The notes under the pieces were generated by a model. It had not been told where the DNA came from. It saw nothing but the letters and a program-made list of their open reading frames with translations, and made no database searches. 64,000 bases of DNA from Caecitellus pseudoparvulus (taxonomy: Eukaryota > Protista > Bigyra: Bicosoecida), in NCBI GenBank assembly GCA_965644315.1, contig CBFFRQ010000054.1, positions 186,001-250,000 of the forward strand, written 5' to 3'. The translations under genes and the position numbers were made by a program. This document shows positions 49,487 to 59,229 of this stretch, piece after piece. Positions within the stretch are counted from its first letter, which is position 1; each line of letters starts with the position of its first letter.

Positions 49487-50599
49487 ATGGCTGATGGCAG
49501 TGACAGCCAGACGGTGGTGGATCGATGGCGCGCTGCATGTGATGGAGAGCAGGCAGATATGCTGATGAGCATGCTTGAGTGCTTTGGTGGTGGTGCGGAT
49601 GCGGGGCTGGATTAATTGTCAAGCGATGAGACAACGGCTGGCTTTGTGGTTGCTTGTGTGACAGGGCACGTTGGGCTGCTGCGTGAGCTGTTGGCGTTGG
49701 AGGGGGACCTTGCAGTGGACGTACATGCAGGACTCGATGGCTACCCTGAGATTGGTTTCCGTGAGGCCTGTGCGAATGGGCATGTGCAAACCGTGCGCGA
49801 GCTGCTGGCTTTGACTGGGCATCGTGAAGTTGATGTGCATGCTGGGCCTGAGGGCAATCCTGAGTACGGATTCCGAGTTGCCTGTGAGAACGGGCATGCG
49901 GATGTGGTGCGTGAGCTGTTGGCCTTGACTGACCATCGTGAAGTGGATGTGCATGGAGAAGATTGGCTTGCCGCTGAGGCAGGCTTCAGACAGGCCTGTG
50001 CCAACGGACACATTGACGTGGTGCGGGAGCTGCTGGCGCTGACGGGGCATCGTGAGGTGGACGTACATGCTGGACCTGAGGGAAGGCCTGAGGCTGGCTT
50101 CCGAAAAGCCTGTGAGAACGGCCACGTGGCCGTCACACTTGAGCTGCTGGCGCTGACCGGGCATCGTGAGGTGGACGTGCACGCAGAAGATTGGCTTGGA
50201 CCTGAGGCTGGCTTCCGACTTGCCTGTCAGAATGGCCACGTGGATGTGGTACGGGAATTGCTGGGCCTGAGCGGACATCGAGCCGTGGACGTACACGCGG
50301 GACGCCAAAATCGGCCCGGCTATGGCTTCCAGTATGCCCTTCTTGGTGGTCATAAGCATGTACTGCGCGAGCTTCTAGGCCTCACTGGTCATCGAGCCAT
50401 CCCACTGCAGGAACGTCTTGAGGCTGGAGAGGTAGGCGTGCAGCCGGCCAAGGATGCCGTCTGGCTCGGCACCAGCACTCGGCAGGGTCGGAAAGCCGTG
50501 TTGTTGCTACGGAGCGCAAGAAGGGCAAGGAAGCGTCCACGGCCACAGACCGGCTCAGCGTTGGTGTCTCCATCAGGGAAGGCTCCACGCTCTGACTGA
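49487..50599 (+). pseudogene. Ankyrin-array gene A2 (5 internal repeats) with a premature TAA
   Basis: ATG at 49487 in the shared context. In-frame TAA at 49613-49615, where paralogs have a Gly codon. The rest of the frame is intact but has no further Met. Confidence 0.82.
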
Positions 50600-50803
50600 G
50601 GGTGGCGGAGCTGGTGTTGGCCTCAATGCAGGTCAGGTAGGTGCGGCATTGTGATGGCTGTGTCAAAATCAAGACCCATGTCTTCTCCCTGATTGTACAT
50701 CGGAAATCGGCTACTCTTTTGATTGTGTGTTGTGCCGCCTGTGCTGCTGTGCAGGTGAGTTGGTTGGCGAAAGCACTTGCGCCATCTGCAATCCCGCCAC
50801 GCC

Positions 50804-53800
50804 ATGGCTGACGAGGGCGGCAGTGAGTCAGTGGAGGGGCGATGGAAGGCTGCATGTGATGGTGATCAGGCAGATGAGCTGATGAGCATCCTGGACGGGT
50901 GTGGAGATGGTGTGGGTGTGGAGTTGGGAGGTTTGTCGAGTGCTGACACCTCGGCTGGCTTTGTGGTTGCTTGCAAGACGGGGCACGTTGGGTTGTTGCG
51001 TGGGCTGCTGGCGCTGACCGGCCACCGCGAGGTGGATGTGCATGCTGGGCCTGAGGGTAATCCTGAGCATGGCTTCCGGCTTGCTTGTAAGCATGGGCAC
51101 ATCGACGTGGTGCGGGAGCTGCTGTCTTTGACCGGGCATCGCGAGGTGGACGTGCATGCTGGGCCTGAGGGCAATCCTGAGCATGGCTTCCGGCTTGCCT
51201 GTGAGTTCGGGCACATTGACGTGGTGCGGGAGCTGCTGGCTCTGAACGGGCACCGCGAGGTGGATGTGCATGCTGGGCCTGAGGGTGATCCTGAGGCTGG
51301 CTTCCGATTTGCTTGTCAGAATGGGCACATTGACGTGGTGCGTGAGCTGCTGTCTTTGACCGGGCATCGCGAGGTGGATGTGCATGCTGGGCCTGAGGGT
51401 AATCCTGAGCATGGCTTCCGGCTTGCCTGTGAGTTCGGGCACATTGACGTGGTGCGGGAGCTGCTGGCTCTGAACGGGCACCGCGAGGTGGATGTGCATG
51501 CTGGGCCTGAGGACAATCCTGAGCGAGGCTTCCTGCTTGCTTGTCAGAGTGGGCATATTGACGTGGTGCGAGAGCTGCTGGCGCTGACCGGGCATCGTGA
51601 GGTGGACGTGCATGCTGGGGTTGAGGGCTGGCCAGAGGCTGGCTTCCTGCTTGCTTGTAAGCATGGGCACATCGATGTGCTGCGTGAGCTGCTGGCTCTG
51701 ACCGGGCACCGCGAGGTGGATGTGCATGCTGGGCCTGAGGGCAATCCTGAGCATGGCTTCCGGCTTGCCTGTGAGTTCGGGCACATTGACGTGGTGCGGG
51801 AGCTGCTGGCTCTGAACGGGCACCGCGAGGTGGATGTGCATGCTGGGCCTGAGGGTGATCCTGAGGCTGGCTTCCGATTTGCTTGTCAGAATGGGCACAT
51901 TGACGTGGTGCGTGAGCTGCTGTCTTTGACCGGGCATCGCGAGGTGGATGTGCATGCTGGGCCTGAGGGTAATCCTGAGCATGGCTTCCGGCTTGCCTGT
52001 GAGTTCGGGCACATTGACGTGGTGCGGGAGCTGCTGGCTCTGAACGGGCACCGCGAGGTGGATGTGCATGCTGGGCCTGAGGGTGATCCTGAGGCTGGCT
52101 TCCGATTTGCTTGTCAGAATGGGCACATTGACGTGGTGCGTGAGCTGCTGTCTTTGACCGGGCATCGCGAGGTGGATGTGCATGCTGGGCCTGAGGGTAA
52201 TCCTGAGCATGGCTTCCGGCTTGCCTGTGAGTTCGGGCACATTGACGTGGTGCGGGAGCTGCTGGCGCTGACCGGGCTTCGTGAGGTGGATGTGCATGCT
52301 GGGCCTGAGGACAATCCTGAGCGAGGCTTCCTGCTTGCTTGTCAGAATGGGCACATTGACGTGGTGCGTGAGCTGCTGTCTTTGACCGGGCATCGCGAGG
52401 TGGACGTGCATGCTGGGCCTGAGGGTAATCCTGAGCATGGCTTCCGGCTTGCCTGTGAGTTCGGGCACATTGACGTGGTGCGGGAGCTGCTGGCGCTGAC
52501 CGGGCATCGTGAGGTGGACGTGCATGCTGGGGTTGAGGGCTGGCCAGAGGCTGGCTTCCTGCTTGCTTGTAAGCATGGGCACATCGATGTGCTGCGTGAG
52601 CTGCTGGCTCTGAACGGGCACCGCGAGGTGGATGTGCATGCTGGGCCTGAGGGCAATCCTGAGCATGGCTTCCGGCTTGCCTGTGAGTTCGGGCACATTG
52701 ACGTGGTGCGGGAGCTGCTGGCTCTGAACGGGCACCGCGAGGTGGATGTGCATGCTGGGCCTGAGGGTGATCCTGAGGCTGGCTTCCGATTTGCTTGTCA
52801 GAATGGGCACATTGACGTGGTGCGTGAGCTGCTGTCTTTGACCGGGCATCGCGAGGTGGATGTGCATGCTGGGCCTGAGGGTAATCCTGAGCATGGCTTC
52901 CGGCTTGCCTGTGAGTTCGGGCACATTGACGTGGTGCGGGAGCTGCTGGCGCTGACCGGGCTTCGTGAGGTGGATGTGCATGCTGGGCCTGAGGACAATC
53001 CTGAGCGAGGCTTCCTGCTTGCTTGTCAGGGAGGGCACATTGACGTGGTGCGGGAGCTGCTGGCGCTGACCGGGCATCGTGAGGTGGACGTGCATGCTGG
53101 GGCTGAGGGCTGGCCAGAGGCTGGCTTCCGGCTTGCTTGTAAGCATGGGCACATCGATGTGCTGCGTGAGCTGCTGGCTCTGAACGGGCACCGCGAGGTG
53201 GATGTGCATGCTGGGCCTGAGGGTGATCCTGAGGCTGGCTTCCGATTTGCTTGTCAGAATGGGCACATTGACGTGGTGCGTGAGCTGCTGTCTTTGACCG
53301 GGCATCGCGAGGTGGATGTGCATGCTGGGCCTGAGGGTAATCCTGAGCATGGCTTCCGGCTTGCCTGTGAGTTCGGGCACATTGACGTGGTGCGGGAGCT
53401 GCTGGCGCTGACCGGGCATCGCGAGGTGGACGTGCATGCTGCTCTCAGGGGTTACCCTGAGCAAAGCTTTCTGCTTGCTTGTAAGCATGGGCATATTGAC
53501 GTGGTACGCGAGCTGCTGGCTCTGACCGGGCACCGCGAGGTGGATGTGCATGCTGGGGTTGAGGGCTGGCCAGAGGCTGGCTTCCTGCTTGCTTGTAAGC
53601 ATGGGCACATCGACGTGCTGCGTGAGCTGCTGGCTCTGAACGGGCACCGCGAGGTGGATGTGCATGCTGGGCCTGAGGGTGATCCTGAGCATGGCTTCCG
53701 GCTTGCCTGTGAGTTCGGGCACATTGACGTGGTGCGGGAGCTGCTGGCGCTGACCGGGCTTCGTGAGGTGGATGTGCATGCTGGGCCTGAGGACAATCCT

Positions 53801-56362
53801 GAGCGAGGCTTCCTGCTTGCTTGTCAGGGAGGGCACATTGACGTGGTGCGGGAGCTGCTGGCGCTGACCGGGCATCGTGAGGTGGACGTGCATGCTGGGG
53901 CTGAGGGCTGGCCAGAGGCTGGCTTCCGGCTTGCTTGTAAGCGTGGGCACATTGACGTGGTGCGAGAGCTGCTGGCGCTGACCGGGCATCGTGAGGTGGA
54001 CGTGCATGCTGGGGTTGAGGGCCGGCCTGAGGCTGGCTTCCGACTTGCCTGTCAGGGAGGGCACATTGACGTGGTGCGGGAGCTGCTGGCGCTGACCGGG
54101 CTTCGTGAGGTGGATGTGCATGCTGGGCCTGAGGACAATCCTGAGCGAGGCTTCCTGCTTGCTTGTCAGGGAGGGCACATTGACGTGGTGCGGGAGCTGC
54201 TGGCGCTGACCGGGCATCGTGAGGTGGACGTGCATGCTGGGGCTGAGGGCTGGCCAGAGGCTGGCTTCCGGCTTGCTTGTAAGCATGGGCACATTGACGT
54301 GGTGCGAGAGCTGCTGGCGCTGACCGGGCATCGTGAGGTGGATGTGCATGCTGGGCCTGAGGGCCGGCCCGAGTGGGGCTTCCGAGCTGCCTGTCACAAT
54401 GGGCACATTGATGTGGTGCGAGAGCTGCTGGCGCTGACCGGGCATCGTGAGGTGGACGTGCATGCTGGGGTTGAGGGCCGGCCTGAGGCTGGCTTCCGAC
54501 TTGCCTGTGAGAATGGGCACATTGATGTGGTGCGAGAGCTGCTGGCGCTGAGAGGGCATCGCGAGGTGGATGTGCATGCTGGGCCTGAGGGGGATCCTGA
54601 GCATGGCTTCCGGCTTGCCTGTGAGTTCGGGCACATTGACGTGGTGCGTGAGCTGCTGTCTTTGACCGGGCATCGTGAGGTGGATGTGCATGCTGGGCCT
54701 GAGGGTTACCCTGAGCAAGGCTTCCTGCTTGCTTGTATGCATGGGCACATTGACGTGGTGCGGGAGCTGCTGGCGCTGACCGGGCATCGTGAGGTGGACG
54801 TGCATGCTTCGGACAATTTGGGGCCTGAGCATGGCTTCCGGCTTGCCTGTGAGTTCGGGCACATTGACGTGGTGCGGGAGCTGCTGGCGCTGACCGGGCA
54901 TCGCGAGGTGGATGTGCATGCAGGGGTCGGGGACAATCCTGAGTGTGCTTTCCAAAAGGCCTGCCATGAAGGCCATCTTGATGTGGTGCGAGAGCTGTTG
55001 GCGCTGACTGGTGCTCGAGAGGTGGATGTGCATGCTGGGCCTGAGGGCAATCCTGAGCAAGGCTTCCTGCTTGCTTGTATGCATGGGCACATCGACGTGC
55101 TGCAGGAGCTGCTGGCGCTGACCGGGCATCGTGAGGTGGACGTGCATGCTTCGGACAATTTGGGGCCTGAGCATGGCTTCCGGCTTGCCTGTGAGTTCGG
55201 GCACATTGACGTGGTGCGTGAGCTGCTGTCTTTGACCGGGCATCGTGAGGTGGATGTGCATGCTGGGCCTGAGGGTTACCCTGAGCAAGGCTTCCTGCTT
55301 GCTTGTAAGCATGGGCACATCGACGTGCTGCAGGAGCTGCTGGCGCTGACCGGGCATCGTGAGGTGGACGTGCATGCTTCGGACAATTTGGGGCCTGAGC
55401 ATGGCTTCCGGCTTGCCTGTGAGTTCGGGCACATTGACGTGGTGCGGGAGCTGCTGGCGCTGACCGGGCATCGCGAGGTGGATGTGCATGCAGGGGTCGG
55501 GGACAATCCTGAGTGTGCTTTCCAAAAGGCCTGCCATGAAGGCCATCTTGATGTGGTGCGAGAGCTGTTGGCGCTGACTGGTGCTCGAGAGGTGGATGTG
55601 CATGCTGGGCCTGAGGGCAATCCTGAGCAAGGCTTCCTGCTTGCTTGTATGCATGGGCACATTGACGTGGTGCGGGAGCTGCTGGCGCTGACTGGTGCTC
55701 GAGAGGTGGACGTGCATGCTGCTTTCAGGGGTGACCCTGAGCAAGGCTTCCTGCTTGCTTGTAAGCATGGGCACATTGACGTGGTGCGGGAGCTGCTGGC
55801 GCTGACGGGGCATCGTGAGGTGGACGTGCATGCTGGGGTTGGGGGCAGGCCTGAGCAAGGCTTCCTGCTTGCTTGTCAGGGAGGGCACATCGACGTGGTG
55901 CGGGAGCTGCTGGCGCTGACGGGTGATCGAGCCGTGGATGTGCATGCAGGGGTCGGAGGCAATCCTGAGTATGGCTTCCGAGCTGCCTGCGAGAATGGCC
56001 ACGTGGATGTGGTCCGCGAACTTCTGGCCCTAAGCGGACATCGCGAGGTGGACGTGCATGCTTGTATCCAGGGTGAGCCTGAGGCTGGCTTTCGACTTGC
56101 TTGCAAGAACAGGCATTTGAATGTTGTTCGCGACCTGCTGGGCCTCACAGGCCATCGAGCCATCCCACTGCAATCACGCCTTGAGGCTGGAGAGCTAGCT
56201 ATGCAGGCAGCCAGAGATGCCGTCTGGCTCGGTACCAGCACTCGGCAAGGCCGGAAAGCCGTGCTGCTGCTACGGAGCGCAAAGAGGGCAAGGAAGCGTC
56301 CACGTCCACAGACCGGCTCAGCGTTGGTGTCTCCATCAGGGAAGGCTCCACGCTCGGACTGA
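50804..56362 (+). CDS. Ankyrin-array gene A3 (1852 aa; 81-aa N-cap + 44 x 38-aa repeats + 99-aa C-cap with a basic NLS-like motif)
   Basis: 1852-81-99 = 1672 = 44 x 38. The tandem DNA unit is 114 bp and the tail contains KRARKRPRP. Confidence 0.92.
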   Translation: MADEGGSESVEGRWKAACDGDQADELMSILDGCGDGVGVELGGLSSADTSAGFVVACKTGHVGLLRGLLALTGHREVDVHAGPEGNPEHGFRLACKHGHIDVVRELLSLTGHREVDVHAGPEGNPEHGFRLACEFGHIDVVRELLALNGHREVDVHAGPEGDPEAGFRFACQNGHIDVVRELLSLTGHREVDVHAGPEGNPEHGFRLACEFGHIDVVRELLALNGHREVDVHAGPEDNPERGFLLACQSGHIDVVRELLALTGHREVDVHAGVEGWPEAGFLLACKHGHIDVLRELLALTGHREVDVHAGPEGNPEHGFRLACEFGHIDVVRELLALNGHREVDVHAGPEGDPEAGFRFACQNGHIDVVRELLSLTGHREVDVHAGPEGNPEHGFRLACEFGHIDVVRELLALNGHREVDVHAGPEGDPEAGFRFACQNGHIDVVRELLSLTGHREVDVHAGPEGNPEHGFRLACEFGHIDVVRELLALTGLREVDVHAGPEDNPERGFLLACQNGHIDVVRELLSLTGHREVDVHAGPEGNPEHGFRLACEFGHIDVVRELLALTGHREVDVHAGVEGWPEAGFLLACKHGHIDVLRELLALNGHREVDVHAGPEGNPEHGFRLACEFGHIDVVRELLALNGHREVDVHAGPEGDPEAGFRFACQNGHIDVVRELLSLTGHREVDVHAGPEGNPEHGFRLACEFGHIDVVRELLALTGLREVDVHAGPEDNPERGFLLACQGGHIDVVRELLALTGHREVDVHAGAEGWPEAGFRLACKHGHIDVLRELLALNGHREVDVHAGPEGDPEAGFRFACQNGHIDVVRELLSLTGHREVDVHAGPEGNPEHGFRLACEFGHIDVVRELLALTGHREVDVHAALRGYPEQSFLLACKHGHIDVVRELLALTGHREVDVHAGVEGWPEAGFLLACKHGHIDVLRELLALNGHREVDVHAGPEGDPEHGFRLACEFGHIDVVRELLALTGLREVDVHAGPEDNPERGFLLACQGGHIDVVRELLALTGHREVDVHAGAEGWPEAGFRLACKRGHIDVVRELLALTGHREVDVHAGVEGRPEAGFRLACQGGHIDVVRELLALTGLREVDVHAGPEDNPERGFLLACQGGHIDVVRELLALTGHREVDVHAGAEGWPEAGFRLACKHGHIDVVRELLALTGHREVDVHAGPEGRPEWGFRAACHNGHIDVVRELLALTGHREVDVHAGVEGRPEAGFRLACENGHIDVVRELLALRGHREVDVHAGPEGDPEHGFRLACEFGHIDVVRELLSLTGHREVDVHAGPEGYPEQGFLLACMHGHIDVVRELLALTGHREVDVHASDNLGPEHGFRLACEFGHIDVVRELLALTGHREVDVHAGVGDNPECAFQKACHEGHLDVVRELLALTGAREVDVHAGPEGNPEQGFLLACMHGHIDVLQELLALTGHREVDVHASDNLGPEHGFRLACEFGHIDVVRELLSLTGHREVDVHAGPEGYPEQGFLLACKHGHIDVLQELLALTGHREVDVHASDNLGPEHGFRLACEFGHIDVVRELLALTGHREVDVHAGVGDNPECAFQKACHEGHLDVVRELLALTGAREVDVHAGPEGNPEQGFLLACMHGHIDVVRELLALTGAREVDVHAAFRGDPEQGFLLACKHGHIDVVRELLALTGHREVDVHAGVGGRPEQGFLLACQGGHIDVVRELLALTGDRAVDVHAGVGGNPEYGFRAACENGHVDVVRELLALSGHREVDVHACIQGEPEAGFRLACKNRHLNVVRDLLGLTGHRAIPLQSRLEAGELAMQAARDAVWLGTSTRQGRKAVLLLRSAKRARKRPRPQTGSALVSPSGKAPRSD

Positions 56363-56872
56363 AGGGCGGTGCATGTGTGGGCTCCACGCTGCACGGCGCA
56401 AGTCGCCACGGCCACTGTCACCTTCGGAATGACCAGCGTGCGTGAGCTATTCAAACCACTTGTGGCGTGCGTGGCTTGGAGCTTGAGCCTGAGTACCAAC
56501 CCTTGGAGGAGGGTGCTGCCTCCAAAGCTTGGCAGTTCCGAGGCCAGGCGGCTTGGGTTGTTGACGGGCAAAGTGGAACTCGTGAGCATCAACAATGGAG
56601 CAATGCAGCGAACAGACGATGGGTGTGTCTTCCGTTGGAGGCCGGCGCCCTTGCCCGTGCCTTGGGGCGGTAGAGTGAATGGGGAGCATGAAAAGCATGG
56701 CAGCAGCACCTTCAATGCACAGCGCCTTGCCAGGTGACTGTGGATACCGTCATCTAGTACACACCGTGTACGCTCGGTCACATTGCATGTCGTTTCATCA
56801 GCAGGCGGGGGCGTGGCCCCACCCGCCCGCAGTGGCCTGCAGCAAGGGCAGCAGCTCCTGGCCGTTCAAGGG
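56080..56872. repeat. ~0.8-kb near-identical segmental duplicate of ~60858-61650 (offset 4778 bp), including the last ~25 codons of the glycosyltransferase gene
   Basis: Direct comparison. The minus-strand peptide PLNGQELLPLLQATAGGWGHAPAC* occurs in ORFs ending at both 56798 and 61576. Confidence 0.92.
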
Positions 56873-56930
56873 CCCCGCCACTCCCTCAGCTCGGATAGCG
56901 GCATGCTGGGTTGGGCAGGATGCAGGCCCC

Positions 56931-57271
56931 CGAGGTTGCCGGCACCCCAGCCGGCAACCATGTTTCCCGGCAGGAGGGGCGGCGGGCAGTCCCACGCTAG
57001 TGGCACAATTGTCCCCCGCCGCCCCAACGCAGAGTAGACGACGGCAGGACCGGGCATGACAAAACCAGTCATTAGCCGGCCTCGTCACTCTCTTTCCTTT
57101 TTTTTTTTTTTCCTTTTCTCGATTGGCGGGTGCCGCAAGGAGGCGTCCCCTCCCCCAAGAGATGCAGCGAGCCCTGGTGGCCGCTGGCATAGAGGGGGGA
57201 GGGGACGGCCTCGAGGCGGGCCCAGTTCAATGCATTTCGATTGCCACGCACAACGCACCAACACGAGGGAA
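56931..57271. mobile_element. ~340-bp non-coding insertion with a terminal hairpin and an internal T-tract
   Basis: The segment is absent from the paralogous spacer at ~39270-39300 (GCAGGCCTCCCAGGCAGG). It has the perfect hairpin GGTTGCCGGC-ACCCCA-GCCGGCAACC at 56934-56959 and a T-run at ~57098-57112. Confidence 0.6.
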
Positions 57272-57606
57272 CCCAGGCAGGCGGTGATGGCACGGTGACT
57301 GGTGGTGCAGTGGAGGTACTGGTGGAAGTGCTGGGGCAGGGGCGTCAGGACGAGGCCGGACCAGCACACCTCGGGAGCGCTGCGCTGGAGCTCGCTTGCG
57401 TGAAAAGGTGTGGAGTCCAGGCAGCAATGCAGCCGAAGCAGGTGGGACATTGTCAGGGCTGCGCCACATCAACGCCCGCTTCATGAGCTCGAGTCAGATG
57501 GTAAAATATGGGTGCTCTTGCAGGACTGTGCTGTGCCATCTGTGCCGCTGTGCAGGCGAATTGGGTGGCGAAGGCTGATCAAGTGCGTAAGTGGAGTCAA
57601 CACGCC

Positions 57607-58533
57607 ATGGCTGATGGCAGTGACAGCCAGACGGTGGTGGATCGATGGCGCGCTGCATGTGGTTGAGAGCAGGCAGATGTGCTGATGAGCATGCTGCAGG
57701 GGTGTGGTGGTGGTGCGCCGGACTTGGATGGATTGTCAAGCACTGAGACAACGGCTGGCTTTGTGGTTGCGTGCAAGAATGGGCAAGTTGGGCTGCTGCG
57801 TGGGCTGCTGGCGTTGGAGGGGGATCTTGCAGTGGACGTACATGCAGAAGACTGGGGTGGGCCGGAGGCTGGCTTCCGATCTGCCTGTGGAAATGGGCAT
57901 GTCGAAATCGTGCGCGAGCTGCTTGCTCTGACCGGGCATCGTGAAGTCGATGTGCATGTTGGAGTTGAGGGCATTCCTGAGGCTGGCTTCCGGCTTGCGT
58001 GTCGCAACGGGAACCTGAATGTGGTGCGTGAGCTGCTGGAACTGGCTGGCTTTCGCGAAGTAGATGTGCATGCTGCGTTCATGGGCTCTCCTGAGGCTGG
58101 GTTCTGGCTCGCATGCTACAATGGGCATGTAGATGTGGTTCGTGAACTGCTGGCTCTTTCTGGGTCTCGTGATGTGGATGTACATGCGGGTTTTAAGGGT
58201 GACCCCGAGGCTGGCTTCCGACTTGCCTGTAACAATGGGCACATTGGAGTGGTGCGGGAGCTGCTTGCGCTGACTGGGCATCGCGAGGTAGATGTACACG
58301 CGTGCGTATTGGGTGTTCCCGAGGCAGGCTTCCGATGGGCATGTCAGGGAGGGTATGTGAATGTGGCTCGAGAGTTGCTGGGCCTCACTGGCCATCGGGC
58401 CACTCCCCATGAAGCACGCCTTGAGGCTGGAGAGGTGGCTGTGCAGCCAGCCAAGGATGCCGTCTGGCTCGGCACCAGCACTCGGCAGGGTCGCAGTGCC
58501 ATGCTGCTGCTGCGAGCTGCCCGAGCTGCATAG
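57607..58533 (+). pseudogene. Ankyrin-array gene A4 (4 internal repeats) with a premature TGA at codon 20
   Basis: ATG at 57607 and TGA at 57664-57666, where A2 has GGA. An in-frame ATG at 57685 could allow re-initiation. The frame ends RAARAA like A1. Confidence 0.75.
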
Positions 58534-59229
58534 ACCATTCCCAGGCCACTGAATGGCTCAGTGTGGGTGTCTGCACCAGGCACGGCTTCACGCTCTGGAT
58601 GAGAAGCGGGGCATGTGTGGGCTCCACGCTGCACCACTCACACAGCCGTGGCCCTCGGAATGATCAGCGTTCGTGAGCCACAGAATTCACCGTGCATGTG
58701 CATGACTGGGTGCGATGGCTTGAGTGTCAACCCTGGGAAGTGCGACGCCTGCGCCCACAGTGTGGCGGAGCCGTGGCCAGGTGGTGGGCATGCTGGCGGA
58801 CCAGGTGGATCTCCTGGTCATCCACGTATCGCCCATGCTGCAGCGAGCGGGTGATGTGCAGGTCTGCTTGGGTGGTTCCGGCGGAGTGGCGGCTGACGTG
58901 GGGGAGGGTGTCGTGGCTGGCCCTGGCCGCTGTGGCCATTGTGCAGAGTGGACGTGCTGAGGCGGGGGCGTCAGGACGAGGCCGGACAAGCTCGCCTCGG
59001 GACCGCTGCGCTGGGGTGCGTTTGCATCGAGGGTCATGAGCCAGGCAGAAAGGCAGCCAAGACAGGTGGGACATTGGCAAGGCTGCGTCAAACTCAGCAC
59101 CTCAATTTCCAGCTTGTATCGGACACTTGAAAGCAGCTACTTCTGTGGTTCTGCACTATGCAGCCTGAGCTGCTGTTCAGGCAATTCAGGTGCTAGTGCG
59201 GAAAGTGCGGAAAGTGCATCCACCACGCC

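Noticed and set aside
50828-56002. 1724-aa antisense ORF over A3, and similar antisense ORFs over A1, A2, A4 and A5
   Set aside because: It is a shadow of the tandem repeat: one stop-free 114-bp unit makes the whole antisense frame open. It has no independent protein features.
51047-56062. CRISPR-like appearance (constant segment alternating with variable segment)
   Set aside because: The units are in-frame protein-coding, the variable parts are homologous to each other and recur, the context is eukaryotic, and there are no cas genes.
42601-57666. Alternative genetic code suggested by in-frame TAG, TAA and TGA
   Set aside because: Three different stops are involved, all in accessory genes. 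Housekeeping genes terminate normally at TAG or TGA and contain no internal stops.
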